A stretch of DNA of 64,000 nucleotides from Octopus sinensis. Taxonomy: Eukaryota. The notes under the pieces are model-generated. The model saw only the letters and a program-made list of their open reading frames with translations, searched no databases and was not told the DNA's origin. The stretch lies in NCBI RefSeq assembly GCF_006345805.1, contig NC_043012.1:9796001-9860000 (forward strand), read 5' to 3'. The position numbers and the translations under genes were made by a program. Of the stretch, positions 13,860-27,981 are shown piece after piece (position 1 is the stretch's first letter; each line of letters starts with the position of its first letter).

Positions 13860-16426
13860 CGCTTTTAGGGTCAGAAGGGCTCTACTTTGCGAAGTAAAAG
13901 TTAGAACTGTCTCCCTTACGCCGTAAGATGCTCTGTAAAACATTTCATGCACACATCAACGTAGAATTCAACGACGAAAACAAGGCTGCCCTACGCAGTG
14001 GATCCAGTCATGTACAAGGACGACACAATCGGACGCGTCTACACAGTTCACCCCTTGAACTCCGAATGCTTCCATCTGCAGATCTTACTTCATGTCATTA
14101 TGTGACCAATTTTCTTCGACGACCTTCGCACAATGGACGGCAACTTATGTGGCACTTTCAAAGAATCCTGTTCCAAACGGATACAGATGATCAATATGAT
14201 AATGCACTTGGAGAGGCCTCTCTGTGTCGTTTTCCGTACAAGCTCCGACAACATTTCACAATAATGCAGGTTTTGTGCAATTTGGAAAAAATACAAATAA
14301 TCAATGTGCCATGCCATTTTGCTGTAGACTCGCCAAATCACAGTTAGCTTTGACACTCCCACTATCCCTGCCATTTACAAAAGAAGTATTCTTCTCTTGG
14401 AAGACTTGGTTATAGCAATTGGCGCTCAACGATTGGATGCTTATTCTCTCAAGACTTCAGACAGAAATGAAGACACCTGTCCCAATTGCCTAATTCTCGG
14501 AGAAACATCCTACAACATCCACAGGCTCAAACATTACAATACGGACAACAAGCCCCTTCTGAATTCCGATTAAGCTGACGTTTACAATTTCGTCCTCGGA
14601 AACATCTACACACACACTGGCGTAATCAGCTTCTTAGACGCACCCGTTAGAACTGGGAAAACATTCCTCCTGAATCTTCTTGCGAATTTGCGGCATAATG
14701 GTTACCTTGCTACTACTGTTGCCTCCGCAGGAATAGCATCGACTCCTCTCAACGGTGGATGAACAGCTCACTCGACCTTCGAGTTGCTTTTTAATGTAGC
14801 ACACCAAGAAAACTCAACGAGCCACATAATGCATTACTCGGACAAAACGAGAATTATGTTTGAAATGAAGGAACTATGCCCCATAAATGATCCCTACAAG
14901 CATTTGATACCACAATGAGAGACCTTAAATCGAACAACAACATCCTTGGAAGTGCGACTCTACTTCTTGCAGAAAATTTTCGACAAACTCTGCCTATTAT
15001 ACCCAAAGGAACACACGCGCGTGAACTTAATGCCTGGCTTAAAAAAATCTTACCTCTGGTCGCGTGTACAACTCACCATCAATAGATCACTCTTACAGAC
15101 TGGTCAAGCTACAACCTAGTTTTCGGAAATGCTACTTAAATTCGGCAATGGAGAAATTACATCCGACGGCAACGGATACATTGATACTACCATCATTGGC
15201 CCCACTCTCTCTATCCCTGATGACTTATGTTCTGCCGTTTATCCAAATCTTACAACGGAATAAATAAAACCAAACTGGCTTCGAGAGAGGGCTGTTCTTG
15301 CACCTACAAATGCAGCTGTCAACACTCTTAACTGTGACTTACTCAATCAGCTACCTTCTCAAGACACAGTTACCGACCTTGATCAGGTTACACATTTTCC
15401 AACGGAATTTCTCAACTCCCAAGATCCTCCACTACTTCCTCCCCATGAACTCCACTTAAATGTCAGTTGCCTCGTCATCCTCCTAAGCAATCTAAACGCA
15501 TCCACACTATGCAATGGAACTCGCCTTGAGATCAAACAAATAATGGACCAAGATATTGAAGCCCAAATTATCACAGGACACGGAAAAAACAATACCGTTT
15601 TCATTCCGAAAGTTCCGCTAACCCCAACAGACTGCCCCTACCCTATGCAGAGTCTTCAGTCCCCTCTCAAACTCAGCTTCACCATGACCATTAACAAAGA
15701 ACAAGGTCCGTCGCTGAAAATTGTCGGATTGGACCTTCGAACGTCGTGCTTTTCCCATGGACAGTTCTACGTCGGTTGTTCCAGAGTTGGCCATCCAGTC
15801 AACTGAAAGAAAAACAAAAAACGTCGTCTACAAATCAGCCCTACGTAGTTATTCTACAGCATTTTTCACATCTACACCAAATTGTAGCCGTTAGCAATAA
15901 GACTTCCCGCAAGCATTTCATTGATATTTTGATATTTTGCTTCGTCTCCCTGATTGCTGTTAGCAGTGCATTACCTTCATTGACCATTTTTACTTCACAC
16001 ACGCTGTTCGCTCATAAGCATGCTCTGACATTTATCTTTGATACATGCCATTATTCTATTTGCATGTTTGCTATAAATGTTTGTGTTTTTTTTTTATCAT
16101 ACGTGACTTTCAATGAAAAAAACCTTCAATGTGGTTGTGTCAGACATTACGAGAAAAATAAGTACATGACACAAAACACTGGCAGTTGCGATCTCGTTTC
16201 ATGGCCTTTCATTTATAACTAACTGCCAAATTTGTGTTCCCATAAATTTATTAATTACCTAAGTTTCTTTAAACCATATCATAAACTACTAACGAAAATA
16301 GTAATTATACATTGTACGCTTATCAACTTCAAACGATTTCTTACTGCGAGCTAATTCAAATTAAATCGTCCACAGGAGTGCACCCTTATGATAAGTCCCG
16401 CCGTTCAAAGGACGAGTGCATTTACT

Positions 16427-16428
<2 letters not shown>
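13860..16428 (+). mobile_element. Degenerate autonomous Helitron (PIF1-like helicase pseudogene)
   Basis: FLDAP..TGKTFLLN, AHSTF, FRQTLPII, LCNGTRL, TINKEQGPSLKIVGLDL..CFSHGQFYVGCSRV; weak 3' hairpin and CTAA near 16396-16428. Confidence 0.88.
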
Positions 16429-16473
<45 letters not shown>

Positions 16474-17997
16474 GTGTGTGTGTTTGTGTGTGCGTGCGTG
16501 TGTGTGCCTCTGTGTATGTCTGTTTGCGTGAAATACACATGTCACGACCGTGAAATGTGTATTCCTCAGCATGGGTGAATAATTCCGACGTTGTATTGGA
16601 AGAAAAATTACCGTGTATTCTGTACCAAGCTGTGGTTCATAATTGTTTAGAATCTTTAATATTATGCTATCTAACGCAAATCTCTTGAAATCTATTTCTA
16701 TATTCTATTCTTCCTACAGCATTTCCAAGATCTCACATTTAGGAACCTCTCGCTTTATCATGAGGTGTCATGTTGCCAATAGCTCGAACGTAAACTTTAT
16801 ATCATCTGTAAAAAGTTATTCCATTGAGTGTATTTTGAACGAGTTTTCTTTCCGCTTTATAATTTGCTTCTAATTTTTTCTTTCCTTTCTTTTAGTTTCC
16901 TCATTTCTACACTCCATTTCCCCCTCTTTGCTACAAAATAATGGATAAGAATAGTGAATGTTGACGGAGGATGATGCTGTGCGTTTTTATATTTGCTGTT
17001 GGTGATAGGGCAAGTCCTTCGACCATCGTTCGTGATATAGACTTTAGTGCCACTAGTTGTGCTTTGGTAACAAAACGATCGGTCACCTGTTCCTCTCTCT
17101 CCCTCTCATTCTCTCCCCCTCTTATTTTTCTCACTTTCCCCTTATTCCCTCTCTCTTTCTTTCTTTTCTCATCTTCCTTCTTTCTATCTTTGTTTCTCTT
17201 CATCTACTTTTCTAGTTTCTCTAGGCAGATATAGCTGTATAGCAGCTGACATTACTTCTATGCCCTATCAGCTTCACTACATTTGTCTCCCCACCTGCAA
17301 CAAATTCTGATGCTTTCGCGTATCATCATATCTTATATCTTCCCCACTGTGACCCTTAAATTCATCACTCAGTGCATCGGCTAATTCTGCTGCCATGTAC
17401 TCAGTTTTAAAATCCACACAAATCCTGCCATATAGCCAACAGCTGTTGGAGGCTATCCCTTAACGACAGTCACCATACTTTCTTTCCTCCAATTGATTTG
17501 TAGAGGGTAAATGCTTCTCCTCTTTTCGAGACATAAAGCTATGTCCATTTTCCTCGTGGATAATTCATCATGAAACGTCGTAAACACTGCTGCAACCTAC
17601 CTCTTCCACTCCACTTACTCTAGCTAGATTCGATCCATGTACAGAACATAATTGTTACCGGCAAATATTTTAGCAACATTGCTGCCATTGCCATTTATAT
17701 CATTAAAAAAGAAATACGTTTCTGTGCAAAACGTGTACGGACGCATGAAGAATGATTTTTGCCAATCGTATCGCTAATATTCCTGAGGTTAATGTCAACG
17801 TAAAAATAAAAGACAGGTCTAGTAATTTTTTCGTTCAATGCAGGTAAATGCTTGTGGCTGTTAAACAACGCCATTAATAATTAATCTATTTGTGTTTGGA
17901 TTGTTACATTATTTTCAGATTTTTCTTTGTGGAGGCTTTGTCTTTATATCTGGTCAACATATTCAAAGAATTTGAACAAGACAAAAAGAATAAAAAA

Positions 17998-18281
17998 AGA
18001 AAGAATCTTTATTCAAAAATACCATGTTTCTTCCCCAAACAAAAGAAAATAACCAAAAAGTAAACAAAAGCAAATGGAAACACTTTCTTGTCCATGCAAT
18101 AAATCTACAAAACAGAAATGAGCAAGCAAATCTTTCTCATAAAAAGATTTTGCTTGCTCATTTCTGTTTTGTAGATTTATTGCATGGACAAGAAAGTGTT
18201 TCCATTTGCTTTTGTTTACTTTTTGGTTATTTTCTTTTGTTTGGGGAAGAAACATGGTATTTTTGAATAAAGATTCTTTCT
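17998..18281. repeat. Near-perfect palindrome, ~138-bp arms, ~7-nt loop
   Basis: Arms are reverse complements; the same peptide appears on both strands in the ORF track. Confidence 0.9.
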
Positions 18282-18543
18282 GCCAATGCAAAATTTTCAC
18301 ACAAAGCATAATAGTAATAATAGTAATGACAACGCTTAGCGGCATTTTGTTCGGCTTCCGAGCGCTTCTGCCAGCTTGCAGAAGAGAGAATACAAAAGGA
18401 GAGACGATGACGTAACTACGTTTGTTCATTGGAGAATGCGTGAGAAAAACGGTCTTGAAAGAACAGAGGAATAGAACGAGCATAAAAAGCAAAAGGTGTT
18501 ACCGAGAATAATGAGTATAACCTTTTATGGGATTTTACATAAG

Positions 18544-18577
<34 letters not shown>

Positions 18578-18606
18578 TAATAATAATGATAATGATAATA
18601 ATAATG

Positions 18607-18639
<33 letters not shown>

Positions 18640-18896
18640 GTAATAATAATAATAATGATGATGATAATAATAATAATAATAACAACAGCAACAACAATAA
18701 TAATAATATTAATAATAATAACAACAACAACAACAATAATAATAATAATAACAATAATAATAACAACAACAACAATAATAATAACAATAATAACAATAAT
18801 AATAACAATGATAACAATAATAACAACAACAACAACAACAATAATACTAATAATAATAATAATAGCAATAATAACTACAATAACAACAAAAATAAT

Positions 18897-18927
<31 letters not shown>

Positions 18928-18961
18928 ACAGCAACGATAATAATAATAATAATGATGATGA

Positions 18962-19975
18962 TTTTCTTTTTTTATCAGTAGGGCGAAGGATGAAGGGGAC
19001 AATACAGGGAGAGACAATAAGTTTGGTGGTTTACATATAATGATGAAATTATAAAAAAGGGTAAGTATACACAGTATTCACTGAAAAAGAAGGGACATAT
19101 GCATAGCACACAAAGGTAAAAACAACAAGAAAGAAAAAAGGCTGGGAGGATGATAGAGATGTTGCGATCCTGATACAGGAACGCCTCTAGGGATAGTCGA
19201 GGAATACTCTGTCCGAGATTTTCCTAAAACACTAGGAGCAAGTGCCCTCTCCAGTTCCTACTCTCCGACACACAGGTCTACTCTTAGAGAGGTTAGAAGG
19301 GTGCAATCCACTCCTGCCATTTTCGCAACTTTCTCCCACCTTTCAATAAACTCACACGGGGGACAGCACTCCCCTATCCACTCACAACTTCGTTTCCAAG
19401 TGAAACTTGTGAAAGTCAATGAGAGCTCTACCAAAGACAAATGTATTTATTCTCATGCCTTTCAACCTTGTCCACCATACAACCTATTTTGCCACAGCCA
19501 CCAGGCAGAGGAAAACCGCCTTGCCTGCCCAATTGAAGGAGGGTAGCGGTGCGATCATCACTACAGACTCGGCCGACAGACGGATCCGTCCCACACACGG
19601 CAGTAGCTGTTCAACATAACTCCACAAGTCAGCAATGGACACTGAACGAGGGAGTGCAGAACAGTTTCGTCACTCTGCGCGCACCTCGGACAATTCCGTT
19701 TGACAGCACACCCATGCCTGTAGATTTTTTCTCGAAGCCGTAGCGCTTCTCGGTAGCACTGCCAGGCTAAGGACATCTCGGAATTATCCATGGTAGTTCC
19801 CGGAAAGTCTTCCGGAACAGACTAGTCAGTTCGTTCTCGTCGGCACCCAGAGTCTCCCTGAGAGCGACGTCGCACTTCCTCGCCACTAATCATGTATAAT
19901 TTGTAAAGTGGAACATCCACCGTTCCCATCGCCCGTCTGGTAGAGGGCTGTGAGCGCCTGACGACATTCTAACAA
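18962..19975 (-). mobile_element. Tx1/L1-like LINE 3' fragment, duplicate copy 1
   Basis: SLAWQCYREAL..REK...CPRCAQSDETVLHSLVQCP (zf-RVT-like). Confidence 0.7.
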
Positions 19976-20129
19976 CAACAGTAACAACAACAACACAACA
20001 ACAACAACAAAGACAACAATAAGAACAACAGTAGCAGCAATAATAATAATAAAATAATAATAAAATAATAATAATAATAATAATAAAATAATAATAATAA
20101 AAATAATGATAACGATAATAATAATAATA

Positions 20130-20163
<34 letters not shown>

Positions 20164-20215
20164 GAATAATAATAATAATAATAATGATAATAATAATGAT
20201 AATGATAATATAATG

Positions 20216-20248
<33 letters not shown>

Positions 20249-20598
20249 GTAATAATAATAATAATGATGATGATAATAATAATAATAATAACAACAGCAA
20301 CAACAATAATAATAATATTAATAATAATAACAACAACAACAACAATAATAATAATAATAACAATAATAATAACAACAACAACAATAATAATAACAATAAT
20401 AACAATAATAACAATAATAATAACAATGATAACAATAATAACAACAACAACAACAATAATACTAATAATAATAACAACAACAACAACAACAACAACAATA
20501 ATAATAATAATAATAACAATAATAATAATAACAACAACAACAATAATAATAATAATAATAATAATAGCAATAATAACTACAATAACAACAAAAATAAT

Positions 20599-20629
<31 letters not shown>

Positions 20630-20663
20630 ACAGCAACGATAATAATAATAATAATGATGATGA

Positions 20664-21675
20664 TTTTCTTTTTTTATCAGTAGGGTGAAGGATGAAGGGG
20701 ACAATACAGGGAGAGACAATAAGTTTGGTGGTTTACATATAATGATGAAATTATAAAAAAAGGGTAAGTATACACAGTATTCACTGAAAAAGAAGGGACA
20801 TATGCATAGCACACAAAGGTAAAAACAACAAGAAAGAAAAAAGGCTGGGAGGATGATAGAGATGTTGCGATCCTGATACAGGAACGCCTCTAGGGATAGT
20901 CGAGGAATACTCTGTCCGAGATTTTCCTAAAACACTAGGAGCAAGTGCCCTCTCCAGTTCCTACTCTCCGACACACAGGTCTACTCTTAGAGAGGTTAGA
21001 AGGGTGCAATCCACTCCTGCCATTTTCGCAACTTTCTCCCACCTTTCAATAAACTCACACGGGGGACAGCACTCCCCTATCCACTCACAACTTCGTTTCC
21101 AAGTGAAACTTGTGAAAGTCAATGAGAGCTCTACCAAAGACAAATGTATTTATTCTCATGCCTTTCAACCTTGTCCACCATACAACCTATTTTGCCACAG
21201 CCACCAGGCAGAGGAAAACCGCCTTGCCTGCCCAATTGAAGGAGGGTAGCGGTGCGATCATCACTACAGACTCGGCCGACAGACGGATCCGTCCCACACA
21301 CGGCAGCAGCTGTTCAACATAACTCCACAAGTCAGCAATGGACACTGAACGAGGGAGTGCAGAACAGTTTCGTCACTCTGCGCGCACCTCGGACAATTCC
21401 GTTTGACAGCACACCCATGCCTGTAGATTTTTTCTCGAAGCCGTAGCGCTTCTCGGTAGCACTGCCAGGCTAAGGACATCTCGGAATTATCCATGGTAGT
21501 TCCCGGAAAGTCTTCCGGAACAGACTAGTCAGTTCGTTCTCGTCGGCACCCAGAGTCTCCCTGAGAGCGACGTCGCACTTCCTCGCCACTAATCATGTAT
21601 AAATTTGTAAAGTGGAACATCCACCGTTCCCATCGCCCGTCTGGTAGAGGGCTGTGAGCGCCTGACGACATTCTA
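20664..21675 (-). mobile_element. Tx1/L1-like LINE 3' fragment, duplicate copy 2
   Basis: Near-identical to 18962-19975, offset about 1703. Confidence 0.7.
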
Positions 21676-21737
21676 ACAACAACAGTAACAACAACAACAA
21701 CAACAACAAAGACAACAATAAGAACAACAGTAGCAGC

Positions 21738-21817
<80 letters not shown>

Positions 21818-21833
21818 TAATAATAATAATAAT

Positions 21834-21867
<34 letters not shown>

Positions 21868-21879
21868 GTAATAATAATG

Positions 21880-21945
<66 letters not shown>

Positions 21946-21948
<3 letters not shown>

Positions 21949-22312
21949 GTGCATCTCTGATCACGAGCAGAAGTAGTGGGGGAGCATCATAGCCATGTGT
22001 TGAGAGGGATTCTTTGGGGTTTGAATAGTTCACTTCTGGAAACATGGGTGGTTCTTTCAACATCCTTAAACAACCCTTATTCAGGGACCGTTTGAGCGGG
22101 ATGGGTTACTCAACCTGAAAAAAATTCTAACTGGGCCCCACCTGCAAGGTCATGTGCTGTTTATCTTGATATGAGATCACCATGTCACGCACATATGGTT
22201 GTGATGCATGTGCCTGGTGTATCCTTATCAGACGGGTAGTCATGATGGATATATTGGGCTTCGTATATTTTACCCCAGTGTCACTTTGATGGCACGAACT
22301 GCTCTATCACTC

Positions 22313-22353
<41 letters not shown>

Positions 22354-22379
22354 TGATGATAATAATAATAATGATGATG

Positions 22380-22411
<32 letters not shown>

Positions 22412-22801
22412 TAATAATAATAACAACAACAACAACAACAACAACAACAATAATAATAATAATAATAATAATAGCATCATAGCCATGTGTTGAGAGGGAT
22501 TCTTTGGAGTTTGATTAATTCACCTCTGGAAACATAGGTGTTTCGTTCAACATCCTAAAGCAACCCTTATTCAGGGACCTTTTGAGCAGGATGGGTTACT
22601 CGACCTGAAGAAAATTCTAACTGGGCCCCACCTGCAAGGTCATGTACTGTTTATCTTGATATGAGATCACCATGTCGCGCACATATGGTTGTGATGCATG
22701 TGCCTGGTGTACCATTATCAGACGGGTAGTCATGATGGGTATATTGGCTTCGTATATTTTACCCCAGTGTCACTTTGATGGCATGCACTGCTCTCTCACT
22801 C
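21946..22801. mobile_element. Two tandem truncated copies of the (TAA)n-associated element
   Basis: 21946-22313 and 22473-22801 match the reverse complement of 58114-58470; separated by (TAA)n. Confidence 0.75.
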
Positions 22802-22875
22802 AATAATATAATAATAATAATATAATAATAATAATAATAATAATAATGATAATAATAATAATGATAATAATAATA

Positions 22876-22931
<56 letters not shown>

Positions 22932-22954
22932 TAATAATAATAATAATTATAATG

Positions 22955-23040
<86 letters not shown>

Positions 23041-24690
23041 TATATATGGATGACCTAAAACTATACGCTGCAAATGAGAAACAGCTGGAAACACTATTAA
23101 AGACAGTTCATGGATTTACCAAAGAAATAGATATGAAATTTGGATTAGAAAAATGCGCCAAAGTAACCATGAAAAGAGGAAAACTAGTTAAGAGTAGATA
23201 AAACCAATGAAATAAAAGAATTAGACCAAAGCCAAACTTACAAATACTTAGGAATCCATGAACTAGATAAGACACAACACACACAAATGAAAGAGAAAAT
23301 AAAAAAAGAATATTATAGACGAGTTAGATCAATACTAAACACAGAGCTCAATGCCAAAAACAAGATAATAGGTATCAACACTTTAGCTGTCCCAGTTATA
23401 AGTTACAGCTACAATATCCTTAACTGGACACGAAATGAACTGACCAAAATAGATAGGAAAACAAGAAAAATAATGACAGGATCTAGGATGCATCACCCAA
23501 AATCTGACATAGAAAGACTATATATACAACGTATAGAAGGTGGTAGAGGCCTTATACAGCTGGAAAACTACTATAAAATAACCACCATAGGACTGCAAAA
23601 ATATCTACTTCAGAAGGAAGGAAAACTGATCCAGATAGCGGCAAAACACGAGCAAAACAAAAAACTGTTCTCAGTATTTAAGGAAGCTGACAAATACAAA
23701 CAAGAAATCATACCACCTAATAAACATGAAGAAGAAGAAGAAGATGAAGAAACAACAAAAGCTATAAAACAAATGAAATCCAAACTAAAAATAGAACAGC
23801 AACGAACCATGATAAAACGATGGCAAGAAAAGCCCCTTCATGGTAAACACTGGACTAAACTAAACGCAAAAGAAATAGACAAAGAAAAATCCCAGCAATG
23901 GTTGAGAAGCTCAGGACTCAAAGCAGAGACAGAGGGATTTTTAATTGCAGCCCAAGACCAAAGCCTCCCCACCAGAAATTACCAAAAACATGTAATGAAA
24001 AGAAATATTACAAGTAACTGCAGAATATGTGGAGATGGACAAGAAACAATAAATCATATTATCTCAAGCTGCTCAGTCCTGGCTAAGAAGGAATATATTC
24101 ACAGACATGACAGAGTTGGAACCTACATACATTGGAAGCTATGCCAACATTATGGAATAACAACAGAAAAAAGATGGTATAGGCACACACCAGAAAAGGT
24201 CACAGAAAACGAGAAAGCAACCATACTCTGGGATATGCCGATACACACAGATAGAGAAATTAAGGCCAACAGACCAGATATAGTTGTCAGAGACCATGAA
24301 GAAAAAAAATGCTTTCTAATTGATGTATCAATACCGGCTGATGACAACGTGTCTCTAAAAGAAATGGAGAAACTCTCAAAATACAAAGACCTGGAAACAG
24401 AGGTAACTAGAATGTGGAATCTGAAAACAGAAACAATTCCTATCATAGTAGGTGCATTAGGCATGATAAAAAAATATTCAGACAAATACATAACAAATAC
24501 ACCAGGACTTACAAACACATATAACATAATGAAAATTGCACTACTAGGCACTGCTCACATCCTACGCAGAACACTTTCCATACAATAACCACCAGAGCAT
24601 CACAACAAATCACAGCACATACCTAAGGCACACAGAGCTGCGCTCGGTAGTGAAGTGAAAGCACGTTATAAAAATAAAACTACTGAATGA
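23041..24690 (+). mobile_element. R4/Dong-like non-LTR retrotransposon (RLE type), 5' truncated
   Basis: Starts at RT motif YMDDLKLYA; ORF 23287-24588 has GGRGL, AAQDQ, CRIC..H....C knuckle and RPD..D..K..KY endonuclease; flanked by (TAA)n. Confidence 0.92.
23287..24588 (+). CDS. C-terminal part of LINE polyprotein (RT thumb, CCHC zinc knuckle, restriction-like endonuclease)
   Basis: Uninterrupted 433-aa ORF with R4-clade motifs. Confidence 0.8.
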   Translation: MKEKIKKEYYRRVRSILNTELNAKNKIIGINTLAVPVISYSYNILNWTRNELTKIDRKTRKIMTGSRMHHPKSDIERLYIQRIEGGRGLIQLENYYKITTIGLQKYLLQKEGKLIQIAAKHEQNKKLFSVFKEADKYKQEIIPPNKHEEEEEDEETTKAIKQMKSKLKIEQQRTMIKRWQEKPLHGKHWTKLNAKEIDKEKSQQWLRSSGLKAETEGFLIAAQDQSLPTRNYQKHVMKRNITSNCRICGDGQETINHIISSCSVLAKKEYIHRHDRVGTYIHWKLCQHYGITTEKRWYRHTPEKVTENEKATILWDMPIHTDREIKANRPDIVVRDHEEKKCFLIDVSIPADDNVSLKEMEKLSKYKDLETEVTRMWNLKTETIPIIVGALGMIKKYSDKYITNTPGLTNTYNIMKIALLGTAHILRRTLSIQ

Positions 24691-25109
24691 TAATAATAAT
24701 AATAAATGCCGTGATGCAGTACCAGGTTGTTGCACTCATGGCTTCTCATCTTAACTGATTGGAAATGTTATCATGTACATTGTTTTTTGTTGGTATAAAA
24801 GATGGGCTACAGCAAATATACTGCTCAATACCACAGATTTGCATGAGCATGACCGCAGCTCTGAGCTGAAACTAAAATAGAAAAAATAAAAAAATCCCCA
24901 ACCTTCTTTAAATATCTCTTCAACATTTTTAAAGCGTATACTAGTTAACTGACTTTACAAAAACCAAGTGTGTCAAGGTAAATAACTCTCAATAATACTT
25001 TTAGAGTGACTTCCCTTAGATTACTAGCTTCGTGATACGCTCTTTATCGAGCATGTGTTAACGTGAACTTCAGCTGATAGTCGTTTTCTTACTTTGTCTT
25101 CTCGATAAT

Positions 25110-25153
<44 letters not shown>

Positions 25154-25164
25154 ATATGTATATA

Positions 25165-25370
25165 CTTAAATCAAAGCTGGACATCTTCCTGTCAATAGTC
25201 CCAGATGAACCTACCTCACGGCAAGTGGTGCAAATGAGAGTAGCTATATCAAACTCCATTCTTCACCAAGTGCTACATATTAGACGAGGTTCTTTGTAAT
25301 AACAGTGTAGCACAAAACGGCGGTGCATCCAACATCGCCGCAACTCTGAGCTGAAACTAGAGAAAAAAAA
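25165..25370 (+). mobile_element. CR1/Jockey-like LINE 3' end
   Basis: KSKLDIFLSIVPDEP..NSILHQ followed by ggcggtgcatccaacatcgccgc..ctgaaacta tail. Confidence 0.6.
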
Positions 25371-25494
25371 TACATATATATATGTGCGTGTATATATATG
25401 TATACATTCATATATATATTTATACATATTCTGTTGTATTAGATTATAAGGCACAAAAAGAAAATGACTCTCCCCAGACAACAACAGAATATGC

Positions 25495-25552
<58 letters not shown>

Positions 25553-26891
25553 TTTGAGGGAATATTAATCCTAACTTACAGGGAAAAATTCAATTTAGAA
25601 ATACTAAATCAAATTTCACACAATATAATATATATATAAATTAGAAAAAAAACACCTTTTATCAATTCAAAATGAACAATTAAATTACACCATCTAGAAA
25701 ATTACATATAATAAAAATTACATATTATAAAAACATAATAAAAAACAATTATATACGTTTTTATTACGTTTTTATTATTTGTTTGCAATTTACTTAATCA
25801 TCGGTATTTTATTGTTATTTTAACGTTAATATTTCTATTATATGTAAATTTCTGGATGGTGTAATTTAATTATTCATTTTGAATTGATAAAAGGTGTCTT
25901 TCTTTCTAATTTATATATATATATATATATATATATAAATTAGAAAGAAAGACACCTTTCTTGGGACAAGTATTTTCTACTATAGCCGCTGGCCGACCAA
26001 AGCCCTGTGAGTGGATTCCTCAGATGGAAATTGAATGAAGCCCGTGATATATATATATATATATCAATTACATGGTATAAGAATTTTAGTTATAAAAAAA
26101 CACTAGTATGACACTATTATATGAATCGACTTTTTACATCTGCCACTAATGGATGAGATATGTCGAGTAGAAAAGAACATCGAATCTAAAATAAGTCCGA
26201 TTACGTCACTCAGTATTTACGGAGAAGCCTAATTGACCCCTCAATCTATATTTTGGTTTATTCCAAAAAAGAAAAAAATTATTAATGATAAACAGAAATA
26301 AACGTATATCCGTGTTTGCTTTGTTCTTTTGGGGAATTTCAAGGATACGGGAAGTTCCGATGGATGGTCATTTCCTGACAGGTAGAATCAAAATAATAGG
26401 GGAAGAACTGCCAGAGTTGTTCGAGCATAGACACAAATAGTACCAAGAGTAGTCGATATCGTTACCTCCAATATTTAACCAACCCTAGAAATATGAAAGG
26501 TAAGTTTTGAAACTAGAATATAGAGAGCTGGAAGAAATCGCGCAAGGCATTTTCCAGGGCTCTCAAATTATGCCAATCCAGTCTTGAAGTGTCTGCTTCA
26601 GGTTGCTACGCTTTGAGTTCAAAATCTACCTGAATCAAATTTATCTTTTAGTGAGGTGGATGAACACACACACACACACACACCAAACAAAGAAAGAGAA
26701 TATCGATTCTGTTTAGGGGCAAATGGAGCGATGTCTGATAGAAGACAGGACGAAAGAAACAAAGAAGGTTAGCATTCTGTAGATATTCTGTTTGGTTTTG
26801 CTCGTGTATTACTTCTCTCAGATTAACATAATTCATTAATAGCCATATTTTATTTTCATTAAGCTGATGCCGATTATTGAAACTGGATGGA

Positions 26892-27261
26892 TGGAAGCAC
26901 TCCGTCGGTTACGACAATGAGGGTTCCGGTTGATCCGAATCAACGGAACAGCCTGCTCGTGAAATTAACGTGTTAGTGGCTGAGCACTCCACAGACACGT
27001 GCACCCTTAACGTAGATCTCGGGGATATTCAGTGTGACACAGAGAGTGACAAGGCCGGCCTGTTCAAAAACAGGAAGTAAGAGTGAGAGAAAGTTGTGGT
27101 GAAAGAGTACAGCAGGGATCACCACCATTCCCTGCCGGAGCCTCGTTGAGCTTTTAGAGGTTTTCACTCAATAAACACTCACAACGCCCGGTCTGGGAAT
27201 CGAAACCGCGATCCTATGACCGCGAGTCCGCTGCCCTAGCCACTGGGCCATTGCGCCTCCA
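26892..27261 (-). mobile_element. tRNA-derived SINE
   Basis: Homologous to 6722-7103. Confidence 0.8.
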
Positions 27262-27500
27262 CCATTATTGGAACTAAAACTAGCTTGAAATGCTTTCCAC
27301 GATTTCCTGAAATTGATAAGTCATTTGACTTATCAATTTCGGAGAATTCTTTACCTTGAGGCTACCTTCCTTTCTCTCCTGCAGTAGATCAAAACCAGAT
27401 AATTTCGATGAATCGAAACTTTGTCTGGTTCGATATTGGATATAGCGTTATTCTTATATTTTCAATATTCATGCCACTGGCTACTCTTCGTTGTACGCTT

Positions 27501-27536
27501 TATGTATGTATGCATGTGTGTACGTACGTATGTATG

Positions 27537-27568
<32 letters not shown>

Positions 27569-27570
27569 TG

Positions 27571-27604
<34 letters not shown>

Positions 27605-27981
27605 TGTATGTATGTATGCATGCATGTATGTATGTATGTATGTATGTATGTATGTGTGTGTGTATGCATGCATGTATGTATGTATGTATGTATGTATGTA
27701 TGTATGTATGTATGTATGTATGCATGTATGTATGCATGTATGTATGTATGTATGCATGCATGCATGTATGTATGTATGTATGTATCCATGCATGCATGTA
27801 TGTATGTATGTATGTATGCATGAATGCATGCATGTATGTATAAACACACCCATGTACTCACATACGCACATACAGGCTCACATACATTTCATGCATACAT
27901 ACATACATACATACATACATACATACATACATACATACATAAGTACTATGTATGCATGCCTGCATGCATGTAAGTATGTAT
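27501..27981. repeat. (ATGT)n / (ACAT)n microsatellite
   Basis: Direct read. Confidence 0.95.

Noticed and set aside
18416-20683. Long poly-L/I/N/Y/T ORFs here and throughout the window
   Set aside because: Translations of (TAA/CAA)n microsatellites
26135-26200. Possible hammerhead remnant (ctaatggatg...catcgaatc...gtc)
   Set aside because: Too many core mismatches and no stem I
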